Source of the DNA: an uncultured Verrucomicrobiae bacterium
GTDB lineage: Bacteria; Verrucomicrobiota; Verrucomicrobiia; Chthoniobacterales; UBA10450
DNA length: 64,000 nucleotides
Assembly: GCA_963805485.1 (NCBI GenBank)
Contig: CAWDUN010000001.1
Location: forward strand, 184,494-248,493
Direction of reading: 5' to 3'
Below are positions 26,417-35,754 of this stretch, in pieces (the first letter of the stretch is position 1; every line of letters starts with the position of its first letter). The notes under the pieces are model-generated. The model had not been told where the DNA came from. It did no database searches and saw nothing but the letters and a program-made list of their open reading frames with translations. Position numbers and translations under genes: made by a program.

Positions 26417-27352
26417 ATGACAGATGAACCAGTCGAAAGTCACCGGATCCCGGCGAACAAACTGAAAGCAGGATGGGAACTGCTCAAGGTTACATTCGTA
26501 GAGTGGACGAATGACAACGCTTTCGAATTGTCAGCTGCGCTCGCGTTTTACACGATTTTTTCAATCGCACCAGTGCTGCTGATCGCCGTTGGCGTCGCCA
26601 GTTTCTTTCTCGCGCCCGACACGGCGACTGATCAGATCGTCGGTGAAATGGAAAAAATGATTGGCGCGCAGGGGGCCAATGCAGTGCGGCAGGTAATCGA
26701 ATCGTCCCGCGGATTTGGCAAAGGCCTTTGGGCGGTGAGCGTCGGAATCGTCACGCTCATCATGGGCGCAACCGCGGTCTTCGGAGAACTGCAATCTGCG
26801 CTGAATCAGATCTGGGATGTCAAAGCGAAACCGGACCGTAATGTGATCATGTCGTTTATTGTCGATCGGTTGCGCTCATTTTCGATCGCGGTTTGTGTGG
26901 GATTTCTCCTTCTGGTTTCACTGGTAATCAGCGCGCTCATCAGCTGGCTGCAAAATTATATGAACAACTGGTTGCCCGGCGTTCCATGGGTTTGGCAAAT
27001 GGCAAACGTTGTCGCCTCGTTCTTCGTGATCGCTGTTCTTTTTGCCGCGATTTACAAATTCCTGCCCGACGTCGTGATCTCGTGGAAGGACGTATGGACT
27101 GGAGCGGCAGTGACGACCCTGCTTTTTACCGGCGGAAAATACGCTATCGGTATTTACCTGGGAAAAACTGCGACGGCCAGCGCGTTTGGCGCCGCCGGTT
27201 CGCTTGTCGTCCTGCTCTTCTGGGTCTATTACTCTGCACTGATCAGCTTTTTGGGCGCGGAGTTCACGCAGGTTTATGCCCGCCGGCATGGTCCTGGCAT
27301 CCGCCCGAAAAAACATGCGGTTCGCGTCGGCCGTAAGAGCGATTCAATCTGA
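26417..27352 (+). CDS. YihY/BrkB family membrane protein
   Basis: Start moved to ATG 26417. WTNDNAFELSAALAFYTIFSIAPVLL and the C-terminal LLFWVYYSALISFLGAEFT are typical of YihY. Confidence 0.8.
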   Translation: MTDEPVESHRIPANKLKAGWELLKVTFVEWTNDNAFELSAALAFYTIFSIAPVLLIAVGVASFFLAPDTATDQIVGEMEKMIGAQGANAVRQVIESSRGFGKGLWAVSVGIVTLIMGATAVFGELQSALNQIWDVKAKPDRNVIMSFIVDRLRSFSIAVCVGFLLLVSLVISALISWLQNYMNNWLPGVPWVWQMANVVASFFVIAVLFAAIYKFLPDVVISWKDVWTGAAVTTLLFTGGKYAIGIYLGKTATASAFGAAGSLVVLLFWVYYSALISFLGAEFTQVYARRHGPGIRPKKHAVRVGRKSDSI

Positions 27353-27387
27353 TGTGACAAAAGCTGATAGTGGTCACATTATTTCGC

Positions 27388-27798
27388 ATGGTCGAAGTCT
27401 CAGTTAAGTACACAGGGGAATTGCATTGCGACGCGACGCACGGTCCATCGCAAGCAAAGATTTCCACGGACGCGCCGAGCGATAATAAGGGCAAGGGTGA
27501 AGCTTTCTCCCCTACAGATCTTGTGGCCACGGCTCTCGCCACATGCATCAGCACGACCATGGGGATTAAGGCTGAAGATCTCGGAGTTGATCTGCGCGGC
27601 ATGACTGTGTCCGTGCAAAAAGAAATGTCGAACGATCCGCCGCGTCGGATCGTTGCTTTGCCGTCAGAAGTTCACATCCCTCTCGCGGCCGATCATCCGC
27701 AGCGGGAAGTCCTTGAGCAAACCGCGCTCAATTGTCCGGTACACAAAAGCCTCCCATCGGAAATTCGTCGCCCGACTAAATTTTTTTGGGAAGGATAA
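27388..27798 (+). CDS. OsmC family protein (peroxiredoxin-like)
   Basis: MVEVSVKYTGELHCDATH.... The two conserved Cys contexts are LATCISTT and ALNCPVHKSL. Confidence 0.8.
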   Translation: MVEVSVKYTGELHCDATHGPSQAKISTDAPSDNKGKGEAFSPTDLVATALATCISTTMGIKAEDLGVDLRGMTVSVQKEMSNDPPRRIVALPSEVHIPLAADHPQREVLEQTALNCPVHKSLPSEIRRPTKFFWEG

Positions 27799-27802
27799 GT
27801 TT

Positions 27803-27854
27803 GTAGCCGCTTCGTTATGCGAAGCGTCCGCGCCGCCCACAGGGCGGCGGCTAC
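27803..27854. repeat. REP-like GTAG...CTAC element (type C)
   Basis: GTAGCCGCTTCGttatGCGAAGCGTCCGCGCCGCCCacaGGGCGGCGGCTAC. Two internal hairpins plus a 9-bp terminal inverted repeat. Confidence 0.65.
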
Positions 27855-27890
27855 ATTTCACTCGGAGCTCAGCGTCTGGCAAAGATCCCT

Positions 27891-28382
27891 ATGGAAATTC
27901 GAAAAGCAGTCGAAGCCGATATTCCAAACTTGCTTCCGTTAATGCGCCAGCTAGCGGAGTTCGAAAAATATGCCGATGACTTTGCGGTGACCGAGCACGT
28001 GCTGCGCGAACAGGGATTCCACCGTTCGCCACCCGATTTTCATTGTCTCGTTGCTGAAGAAGGCAGCGACTTGGTTGGACTTCTCGTTTATCATTTTGTT
28101 GCGTTCACCTATCGAGCGAAGCCAAACCTGATTATCAAGGAACTTTATATTGAGGGGCAACATCGCAGCCGCGGTGTCGGCAAACTCCTGATGAAAGCTG
28201 TCGCCAAAGAGGCAGCGTTCAAGGGTTGTGGCCTGATCAAGTGGTGGGTCGCGAAGTGGAATGAGCGTGGCATTGAGTTTTACAAGCAGCTCGGTGCAAA
28301 AATCGACAGCGACTGGCACGAATTCCAATTGCCGGAAAAAGCGTTTCGGGATTTGGCCGCATCGGTCGAGGAATCTCCTTGA
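27891..28382 (+). CDS. GNAT family N-acetyltransferase
   Basis: 163 aa. Acetyl-CoA binding motif IEGQHRSRGVGKLLM. Confidence 0.8.
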   Translation: MEIRKAVEADIPNLLPLMRQLAEFEKYADDFAVTEHVLREQGFHRSPPDFHCLVAEEGSDLVGLLVYHFVAFTYRAKPNLIIKELYIEGQHRSRGVGKLLMKAVAKEAAFKGCGLIKWWVAKWNERGIEFYKQLGAKIDSDWHEFQLPEKAFRDLAASVEESP

Positions 28383-28400
28383 GTTACCTGAATGTTACGC

Positions 28401-28442
28401 CGCGGGATCCTTCGACTCTGCTCCGCTTCGCTCAGGATGACC
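28401..28442. repeat. family A MITE-like element, right half only
   Basis: CGCGGGATCCTTCGACTCTGCTCCGCTTCGCTCAGGATGACC. Confidence 0.55.
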
Positions 28443-28449
28443 GGCTATG

Positions 28450-29397
28450 CTATTTAGCTGGATACAGCCACTGCACATAACTACGCACGCCGTCTTCAAG
28501 CGAAAATCGCGGCTCGTATCCGAGCCCTTTACGCGCGCTAGTGAGATCGGCCTGCGTGAAATTTTGATAATGCGCGTGCGGATTATCGAAGTATTCGGGC
28601 TGAAAATCTGTGCCCAGACATTTATTTAGAACATCAATCAGTTCGTTAAACGAGCGCGCCTGCCCTGACCCAAGGTTGTAAATTCCGCTCGTCTTTGCAT
28701 CGAGCGCGCGGACGCTGCCTTCAACAACGTCCTTCACGTAAACGAAATCGCGTCTCTGCTCGCCGTGTTTAAAAATGCGCGGCCGCTTGCCGGCTTTCAT
28801 CTGTTGCGCCAGATGATAAACCATGCTCGCTGGCACGCCTTTGTGCGCTTCGCGCGGTCCGTAAACGTTAAAGTAACGCACCCCGATAATGACCCAGTCG
28901 GGCGACCCGGCAGCCGCGTGACGGGCCATATTATCCATGATGACCTTCGAGAAAGCGTAAACGTTCGCCGGTGCCGCCCCGCTTGTTTCCACGCTCGCTT
29001 CCGTTGCCGCACCGTATGTCGCCGCAGAGGAAGCGTAGATGATTCGGGTTTGTCTGGGCCGAGCAAAATTCAACAGCCGTCGGAAACTTTCCACGTTGTC
29101 GTGCACCTGAACGAATTGATCGTGCAAAGTCGTGTCGGTGATTGATGCGAGATGAAAAATTGCGTCGAACTCGGCAGCTGACGGATCACCGAACTTTTCG
29201 CGCCAATCCAATGTCGCGAGGTTTTCGGCCACGAAATCTCCGCGATACCCTGCCAGATTCTTGAAATCACCGGACCGGAAATCATCAATCACCGTGAGGT
29301 GCGCGTCCGGGAATTTTTCCTGCAACTCCAGCGTCAGATTCGATCCGATGAATCCGGCGCCGCCAGTGATCATGAACTTGGGATTAGATGTGGTCAT
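28450..29397 (-). CDS. hldD: ADP-glyceromanno-heptose 6-epimerase
   Basis: GGAGFIGSN Rossmann motif, and the C-terminal YQNFTQADLTSARKGLGYEP...YVQWL closely mirrors the end of E. coli HldD/RfaD. Confidence 0.8.
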   Translation of the reverse strand: MTTSNPKFMITGGAGFIGSNLTLELQEKFPDAHLTVIDDFRSGDFKNLAGYRGDFVAENLATLDWREKFGDPSAAEFDAIFHLASITDTTLHDQFVQVHDNVESFRRLLNFARPRQTRIIYASSAATYGAATEASVETSGAAPANVYAFSKVIMDNMARHAAAGSPDWVIIGVRYFNVYGPREAHKGVPASMVYHLAQQMKAGKRPRIFKHGEQRRDFVYVKDVVEGSVRALDAKTSGIYNLGSGQARSFNELIDVLNKCLGTDFQPEYFDNPHAHYQNFTQADLTSARKGLGYEPRFSLEDGVRSYVQWLYPAK

Positions 29398-29406
29398 CGT
29401 ATTTTC

Positions 29407-29491
29407 GTCATTCCGAGCGAAGTCGAGGAATCCCGTGGCTCAACTGACAGGTAATTCCGCAGGATATCTCGACTAACGCTCGACATGACAG
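29407..29491. repeat. family A MITE-like element
   Basis: GTCATTCCGAGCGAAGTCGAGGAATCCCGTGG ... CCGCAGGATATCTCGACTAACGCTCGACATGACAG. Its end GGAATGAC lies 9 nt upstream of the hldD ATG (minus strand). Confidence 0.7.
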
Positions 29492-29544
29492 CAGTCGTTG
29501 GCATGGGATTAAATAATCTTGACGCTCAAAGCGCAAGCCGCTAG

Positions 29545-29740
29545 TCCTGCTGCCGGTTCTTTGCGAGCTTGGAAAAGTGGATCGGCGCAAGAAATCCCGT
29601 GAGAATCGGGAGCAGTTGCGCTGCTGTAACTGGATACGACTTCCCATTGGGCCAATCGTCGAAAGTGTTTCGAAGGTGAAGGCGGGAAGAAGGTGCGGTG
29701 CCGCACGGGCATCATAAGCCAGGAGCCAGAATATTTGTCC
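29545..29740 (+). promoter_or_regulatory. cobalamin (B12) riboswitch
   Basis: Matched by eye to the consensus. Core is AAGAAATCCCGTGAGAATCGGGAGCAG..GCGCTGCTGTAAC. Also CCATTGGGCC, GAAGGCGGGAAGAAGG and a B12-box-like AAGCCAGGAGCCAG at about 29716-29730. Lies upstream of a TonB-dependent receptor. Boundaries are approximate. Confidence 0.6.
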
Positions 29741-29755
29741 GATCCACCTCATTCG

Positions 29756-29807
29756 GTAGCCGTCGCGCTGTGCGCGACACCTGCGTTTCTCATCGAGACG
29801 CGGCTAC
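29756..29807. repeat. REP-like GTAG...CTAC element (type C) between the riboswitch and the receptor gene
   Basis: GTAGCCGTCGCGCtgtGCGCGACACCTGCGTTTCTCatcGAGACGCGGCTAC. Terminal 7-bp inverted repeat GTAGCCG/CGGCTAC. Confidence 0.65.
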
Positions 29808-29913
29808 AGCAAAAACTTCTGCGCAAAAAGAAGAATGAGAGCTGGGCGATGCGACGCTTCGAAAACATTCGAGGCCTAACAAGTCCGACTCTCTGAGTTG
29901 GAAGAAACTTGTT

Positions 29914-31983
29914 ATGCAAAATCGTTCAGTTTGGTTTTTTCGGGGTGGCGCATCCGTCTCGGATGCTGGTTTCGGCGACGCGCCGAAACAGTCTTTGCTT
30001 AATGCGAGGATCTTGATCAGCGGCAACACAGAAGAAAAGTCCTCGACCGCGGGACGCGCTCGCCAGCACCCGAGACGGGCGCGCTGCCCACTCGTGTTCG
30101 GTTCGCTGTTCGTGTTTGCCCATATCGTCTGTTATGCGCAGCAAGCGTCGCCGACTCCTTCGCCAAGCGAAGCGGAGGTGGAGTCAGTTATCGTCTCCGC
30201 GACGCGTTTCGATATTCCGCTGGATCAATCGCCTGCAAGCGCCAGCGTGGTCAGTTCGGAGGAGTTGGAGCAAAAACAGGTCCAGCGCGTGAGCGATGCT
30301 TTGCGTGAAGTGCCTGGATTGTCGGTCGTGCAGACCGGCGTGCCTGGCCAGTTGACGTCGGTGTTTACGCGTGGGCTACGCAGCGAACACACGCAGGTTT
30401 TGCTGGATGGCATTCCGATCAATCAAGGCTTGCAGGGCGCATTCAATTTCGCCGACTTCACTACGGAAGATATCGACCGGATAGAAGTTGTGCGCGGGCC
30501 GCAAAGCACAATTTACGGACCACGCGCGCTTGCAGGTGTCATTCAAATCTTCACCAAACAAGGGAGTGGAACGCCGGGCGTAATGTTCGCCACCGAAGGC
30601 GGCTCCTACGACACGTTTCGGGAGTGGTCTCAGAGCGACGGCAAAATGAATGATTTCGATTATTCAGTTGGCGCGAGCCGCCTCGACACGGAGAACGCAC
30701 GGCCGAACAACAACTATCGCAACACGGCCGCGATTGCCGACGTCGGCTGGTCGCCTAAGCCGCCTCCGCCCGAGACAGGCTCAGCGGTGGCGAGCGAGCA
30801 ATTGCGAATCGGCAGTTTGTTCACGTATTCAGTTAGCGACATTGGACTGCCGAATACGATCTTTGATCCGCGGCCGATCGATCATTTTCTTACGGAGCGT
30901 TGGTTGATCGGGCCGCATATCGATTGGAAACCAACTGAGTGGTGGGACCACAAACTCATTGTCGCTTACGATCACGAGCGCCAAATCAACGAGCCCAATG
31001 AGGACGGCTTTGTTGGGGCGACACGCGCGGTATTCGAACGGACGCAGGTTGATTATCAAAACGATCTGCGAGCAGTGTCGTGGTTGACACTAACCTCGGG
31101 ATTTTACTACAGCCGGATTAACGCGGGAGAAGAGCGTCCCTTTGTTCTGTTTGGACCGACGTTTATCAGCGATCACACAAACGAAACCGCGGGATTTCTG
31201 GAGGCGACGTTAACACCAGTCGAGAATTTGATTTTCGTCGGCGGTGGACGGTTCGATTACTTCAATCAGTTCGGCGGCATTTGGACCTATCGCTTTGCAG
31301 GCAGTTACAAAATTGATAAGACGAACACAATTCTGCATTCCAGCGTCGGTACTGGCTTCAGTCCGCCAAGCAGTCAGGATAAGATTTTTGGAAACAATTT
31401 CGGCCTCAAACCTGAAGAGGACCTCGGTTGGGACATCGGAATCAGACAGCAGCTCTGGCAAAATCGCGTGGACGTGGGCCTCACATATTTTCATAACGAC
31501 CTCACGAACGTCATTGGGTTTAATGGGCTGTTTGATACGCTCAATCTTGGCGCTGCCGAAACGCAGGGGCTGGAAGCGGAACTGCACGCGCAACCGATTC
31601 CCAATTTCGTTTTGACAGCGGCTTACACGTACCTCGAGGCGGAAAAGACTTCCTCAAAAGACGTTTCGCAGTTGCAAGGCGCGCGTCTGCCGCGTCGCCC
31701 GCGCAATGAGGTTTACGTTTCAGCGTCATACCTTTGGTGGAACAGGCTGCGAACGGTAGTCGAAGCAAAATTCGTCAACGCGCGCGAGGAATTGAATTTT
31801 GGCGCACCAAATTTCGATATCGAAGACTACTCGCTTGTAAACTTTGCCGCCGAATACGAAGTCAACCCGCATTTCTCAGTCTTCGGTCGCATCGACAACC
31901 TAGCTAACGAGCAATACTCGGAGGTGTTCGGTTTCCCCGCGCTGGGCCGTGCAGCGTACGGTGGCGTGAAGTTACGATTTTAG
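29914..31983 (+). CDS. TonB-dependent receptor (BtuB-like by context)
   Basis: Plug domain (VIVSATRFDIPLDQSPASASVV..., TRGLRSEHTQVLLDGIPIN, IEVVRGPQSTIYG), a beta-barrel, and a terminal ...GGVKLRF. The start is uncertain: ATG 29914 precedes a double hairpin at 29950-29988, and TTG 30013 is an in-frame alternative. Confidence 0.85.
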   Translation: MQNRSVWFFRGGASVSDAGFGDAPKQSLLNARILISGNTEEKSSTAGRARQHPRRARCPLVFGSLFVFAHIVCYAQQASPTPSPSEAEVESVIVSATRFDIPLDQSPASASVVSSEELEQKQVQRVSDALREVPGLSVVQTGVPGQLTSVFTRGLRSEHTQVLLDGIPINQGLQGAFNFADFTTEDIDRIEVVRGPQSTIYGPRALAGVIQIFTKQGSGTPGVMFATEGGSYDTFREWSQSDGKMNDFDYSVGASRLDTENARPNNNYRNTAAIADVGWSPKPPPPETGSAVASEQLRIGSLFTYSVSDIGLPNTIFDPRPIDHFLTERWLIGPHIDWKPTEWWDHKLIVAYDHERQINEPNEDGFVGATRAVFERTQVDYQNDLRAVSWLTLTSGFYYSRINAGEERPFVLFGPTFISDHTNETAGFLEATLTPVENLIFVGGGRFDYFNQFGGIWTYRFAGSYKIDKTNTILHSSVGTGFSPPSSQDKIFGNNFGLKPEEDLGWDIGIRQQLWQNRVDVGLTYFHNDLTNVIGFNGLFDTLNLGAAETQGLEAELHAQPIPNFVLTAAYTYLEAEKTSSKDVSQLQGARLPRRPRNEVYVSASYLWWNRLRTVVEAKFVNAREELNFGAPNFDIEDYSLVNFAAEYEVNPHFSVFGRIDNLANEQYSEVFGFPALGRAAYGGVKLRF

Positions 31984-32051
31984 AGTAGCGCGAGCCTCCG
32001 GCTTGCGAGTTCCTGAGATCACAAGCGAGACGCGTGTGCTACTCTTTTTCC

Positions 32052-32897
32052 ATGTCGCCGAAACTTTCCGAGAAAAAACTGGCCGTACTCGGTGCCGGCA
32101 AACTGGGTGGGATCCTGCTGCGAGCATATCTGAAGCAGGGACTGTTTGTGTCCAATCGGGTCATCGCGACTGTAAAGCATGCGGAGAGAGCAGCCGCGCT
32201 CGGCAAAGAGCTCGGCATTGCAGTGACCACTGACAATCGCCAAGCGGTCAAAGGTGCTGACATCGTTCTGCTGACAGTAAAGCCGCAAACCGTTGCGGAA
32301 GTGCTACAGGAGATCGCTCCCGAAATTGGCGGCGGCACGCTGATTGTCTCCGTGGCTGCCTCTGTGCCGGCAGGATTCGTCGAGCAGCAACTCGCCGTCG
32401 CCACAAGCGGCAAGCGAGAAGTGGCGGTCGTGCGCGCGATGCCAAATACTCCGGCCGCTGTCGACTGCGGCATGACGGCAGTCTGTGGTGGGACTCATGC
32501 CAGCCCTCATGATCTCGACGTTGCTCGCACGATGTTCGACGCCGTAGGCCGGACGATTGTCCTTGATGAGAAGCACATGGACGCGGTCACGGGTCTTTCT
32601 GCGAGCGGCCCTGCCTTTGCATACATTATTCTGGAATCGCTGGCGGAAGCTGGTGTGAAAGTCGGTTTGCCGCGTGACGTAGCGACACTTCTCGCAGCGC
32701 AGACGATGAAAGGCGCGGCCAGTGTTGTGTTGGAGACCGGCGATCACCCCGCCCTTCTCAAAGACGCCGTCACTACTCCGGCGGGCTGCACCATAGACGG
32801 CATTCTCGAACTCGAAGAAGGCAAACTCCGCGTCACTCTCATTAAAGCGGTGGTGAAAGCCACCAGCCGCGCCGGCGAGTTGCTGTTCGAAAAATAG
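32052..32897 (+). CDS. proC: pyrroline-5-carboxylate reductase
   Basis: Start at ATG 32052. LAVLGAGKLGG Rossmann motif and the C-terminal P5CR dimerisation domain pattern (SASGPAFAYIILESLAEAGV..., VTTPAGCTI). Confidence 0.9.
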   Translation: MSPKLSEKKLAVLGAGKLGGILLRAYLKQGLFVSNRVIATVKHAERAAALGKELGIAVTTDNRQAVKGADIVLLTVKPQTVAEVLQEIAPEIGGGTLIVSVAASVPAGFVEQQLAVATSGKREVAVVRAMPNTPAAVDCGMTAVCGGTHASPHDLDVARTMFDAVGRTIVLDEKHMDAVTGLSASGPAFAYIILESLAEAGVKVGLPRDVATLLAAQTMKGAASVVLETGDHPALLKDAVTTPAGCTIDGILELEEGKLRVTLIKAVVKATSRAGELLFEK

Positions 32898-32915
32898 TCG
32901 TGCGCGTCGTCGCCT

Positions 32916-32949
32916 TGTCATTCCGAGCGAAGTCGCGGAATCTGCTGCG
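32916..32949. repeat. family A MITE-like element, left half only
   Basis: TTGTCATTCCGAGCGAAGTCGCGGAATCTGCTGCG, immediately upstream of the rmuC start. Confidence 0.55.
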
Positions 32950-32957
32950 TGTTTAAC

Positions 32958-34157
32958 ATGAGTAACCTGCTTTACGTCGCGATCGGATTGGTCGTCGGCG
33001 GGTCGCTCGTGGCCCTGGTCGTGCTGCTAACACGGCGTCGAAACCAAGGCGCAGCAACGGAATTGGCGAAGCGATTGGAAACGATCGATCGCAGCTTGCG
33101 CGATGAATTTTCGCGCAATCGCGAGGAAGCAGGCGCGTCGGCGAAAAATCAGCGCGAGGAATTAACGAGATCGCTGGAAGGCGTTAGATCGATTGTGGAT
33201 GTTCGCCTGCGGCAATTGCAGGACGATAACGCACAGCAGATCGATAAGATGCGCGCAACCGTCGATGAAAAGTTGCAGGGCACGCTCGAGAAGCGGTTGG
33301 GCGAATCCTTCAGGTTGGTTAGCGAGCGGTTAGAGCAAGTGCATCAGGGCCTCGGTGCGATGCGGCAATTGGCCAGTGATGTTGGTGGCCTGCAGCGTGT
33401 GCTCACAAACGTGAAGACCCGTGGTGGGTGGAGCGAATGGCAGCTCGGCGTTCTCCTGGACGAAATGCTTACCCCTGAGCAGTTCTCAAAAAATGTAAAA
33501 ATGCGCGAGGACACTGACGAGCGCGTTGAGTTTGCGATCAAATTGCCCGGGGACGAAAACGGAGCGCCGGTCTGGTTGCCAATCGATGCCAAATTTCCGA
33601 TGGAACACTACGACCGTCTGGCGGCAGCGCAGGAGAAAGGAGATCCCGGAGCAGTCGAGAGCGCGATCAAAACTTTGGAGACCCAATTGAAGCGCTGCGC
33701 CAAGGACATTTGCGAGAAGTACATTAATCCGCCAAAGACGACTGATTTTGCGCTGCTGTTTTTGCCGAGCGAAGGACTTTACGCGGAAGCAATCAGACGC
33801 ATCGGACTCGTTCAAAACGTGCAGCGCGATTGTCGCGTCACATTTGTGGGACCGACGACGCTCGCTGCGTTGCTCAATAGTTTGCAGATGGGTTTTCGCA
33901 CACTGGCGATCCAAAAGCGATCCAGTGAAGTCTGGAATCTGCTCGCGGCAGTGAAGACTGAGTTCGGCAAATTCGGCGATTCGTTATCGGCGGTGAAGGA
34001 GAAGATCGACCAGGCATCGCGCAAAATGGAGGACGTCGATGTTCGCTCCCGCGCGATCACAAAGAAATTGCGCGATGTGGAAGAATTGCCCTCGAATCCG
34101 CAGCCGTTGTTAAAGGATTTTTTGCAAACCGGAAACATGGATGCACCCGACGAATAA
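32958..34157 (+). CDS. rmuC: DNA recombination protein RmuC
   Basis: N-terminal TM helix, a long coiled-coil, and an RmuC-type C-terminal domain (WSEWQLGVLLDEMLTPEQF..., ALLFLPSEGLY). ATG 32958 preferred over GTG 32949. Confidence 0.85.
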   Translation: MSNLLYVAIGLVVGGSLVALVVLLTRRRNQGAATELAKRLETIDRSLRDEFSRNREEAGASAKNQREELTRSLEGVRSIVDVRLRQLQDDNAQQIDKMRATVDEKLQGTLEKRLGESFRLVSERLEQVHQGLGAMRQLASDVGGLQRVLTNVKTRGGWSEWQLGVLLDEMLTPEQFSKNVKMREDTDERVEFAIKLPGDENGAPVWLPIDAKFPMEHYDRLAAAQEKGDPGAVESAIKTLETQLKRCAKDICEKYINPPKTTDFALLFLPSEGLYAEAIRRIGLVQNVQRDCRVTFVGPTTLAALLNSLQMGFRTLAIQKRSSEVWNLLAAVKTEFGKFGDSLSAVKEKIDQASRKMEDVDVRSRAITKKLRDVEELPSNPQPLLKDFLQTGNMDAPDE

Positions 34158-34160
34158 GAC

Positions 34161-34853
34161 GTGAAAACAGTGCTGATTACCGGCGCGAACAAAGGCATCG
34201 GCCACGAAGTTGCGCGACAGCTGGCGGCCAAAGGATTTCATGTGTTTGTCGGTGCGCGAAATACAAATGCGGGTCGCAAAGCGGCGGAGGAGATCGCAAA
34301 AAAATGCGGCAAGGCGACATTTTTGGAAATAGACGTCGCAGACAATGACAGCGTCGCATCCGCGCCGCATGAATTTTCGAAAATCGCGGATCGTCTCGAT
34401 GTGCTGGTGAACAACGCAGGGATCATTCTCGACGGAGACGATGCGATTTTGGAAATCAGCGACGAGCTGTTCCGAAACACCCTGGAGACAAACACGCTTG
34501 GCGCACTGCGCGTTACGCGCGCGTTCGAGTCGTTACTTCGAAAAAGCAAAGCGCCGCGGGTGATCAATGTCTCCAGCGGCGGAGGTCAGCTCACCGGCGG
34601 CGCCGATGGTTGGGCGCCGGCTTACTGCATTTCGAAGACCGCGTTGAATGGCGTGACAGTGCAGCTCGCAGCGGCGTTGCCGGAATTCGCCGTCAATTCA
34701 GTGTGCCCTGGTTGGGTGCGAACGGAAATGGGCGGTGAAAACGCGACCCGCTCAGTGGGGCAAGGCGCGGACACGATTGTGTGGCTTGCCAGCGAAGCGC
34801 AGCAGGATCTCACCGGTAAGTTCCTGCGGGATCGTAAAGAAATTCCGTGGTGA
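34161..34853 (+). CDS. SDR family oxidoreductase
   Basis: TGANKGIG cofactor motif, NNAG, and catalytic YCISK. GTG start 4 nt after the rmuC stop. Confidence 0.85.
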   Translation: MKTVLITGANKGIGHEVARQLAAKGFHVFVGARNTNAGRKAAEEIAKKCGKATFLEIDVADNDSVASAPHEFSKIADRLDVLVNNAGIILDGDDAILEISDELFRNTLETNTLGALRVTRAFESLLRKSKAPRVINVSSGGGQLTGGADGWAPAYCISKTALNGVTVQLAAALPEFAVNSVCPGWVRTEMGGENATRSVGQGADTIVWLASEAQQDLTGKFLRDRKEIPW

Positions 34854-34893
34854 TCCGCCTTCGCCAAGGCTACGGCGGAGGGGGCCGCCTTCT

Positions 34894-35517
34894 TTACGCG
34901 TGCACAAACGGATTTGTCAGGCGTTCCTGGCCGATCGTTGTTGGCGGGCCGTGGCCGGAGAGCACAGTTACATCGTCGCCTAGCTGAAATAGCTTTTCCC
35001 TGATGCCGTTGATTAGGAGATCCATATCTCCCCCAGGCAAATCACCGCGACCAATGCTGCCGGCGAAAAGAACGTCGCCACCAAAAAGCAACTGGTCCTT
35101 GCGCGAAAAGAAGCAAAGACTGCCGGGGCAATGGCCCGGCACTTCGAGTACCTCGAAATCGGTACCGAGAAAACTTCGGTTTGATGTTTCTTCGATCAGA
35201 AAATCTGGTTCGACTGGTTCGATCTCAAGCGCGAAGCCGAAGTTGCGAAAGAAATCGCGATCAGAAATCATGGGCGCGGTCAGCGGGTGACATCCGATGT
35301 GGGAGTGAAACTGCTGTTTAATCTTGGCGACGTCTTGAACGTGATCGACGTGTCCGTGTGTCAGCAGCAAAAGTTTGGGATGAATATTAAGGGAACACAC
35401 CCATTCGCACGCACCTTCAGGTGCGTCGAACAGGATCCATCCTTCCGGTGCTTCGAACAGATAGCAGTTGGTTTCAAAGATCCCGCCGCGAAACGTTTTA
35501 TAAGTCGCAGATGGCAT
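34894..35517 (-). CDS. MBL-fold metallo-hydrolase (glyoxalase II-like)
   Basis: Start moved to ATG 35517. LLTHGHVDHV metal motif, and PGHCPGS. Confidence 0.8.
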   Translation of the reverse strand: MPSATYKTFRGGIFETNCYLFEAPEGWILFDAPEGACEWVCSLNIHPKLLLLTHGHVDHVQDVAKIKQQFHSHIGCHPLTAPMISDRDFFRNFGFALEIEPVEPDFLIEETSNRSFLGTDFEVLEVPGHCPGSLCFFSRKDQLLFGGDVLFAGSIGRGDLPGGDMDLLINGIREKLFQLGDDVTVLSGHGPPTTIGQERLTNPFVHA

Positions 35518-35754
35518 TATAAGGAGTTTTTGAATGTTCAGCGCGGTCGATTGTCTATTGCTACCCAACAATGCCGCCGGTCAGCTACTTTTCATACAAA
35601 AGGTGAAATCGCACAAAGCTAAAAGCCAAAGGAGCTGCGCGGCCCAGGTGATTCCTTTTGGTCGGCTGTCGAAAGCGCAAAGCGGGCCAATTTCGCCCTG
35701 CCGTGTTGCGCCGCGGGCTGAATTCTGCGAATGTCTTAAACCTTTTTTTTAACA

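Noticed and set aside
29261-29752. ORFs 29261..29476, 29408..29752 and 29509..29715, plus similar ones at 44425..44661 and 49989..50183
   Set aside because: They translate family A palindromes (SFRAKSRNP / PRDPSTPL... peptides) and the cobalamin riboswitch. They recur wherever the repeat occurs, in either orientation, so they are repeat artefacts.
32304-32921. 205-aa ORF antisense to proC (also 32039..32473)
   Set aside because: The proC frame is unambiguous and the antisense ORFs show no family signal.
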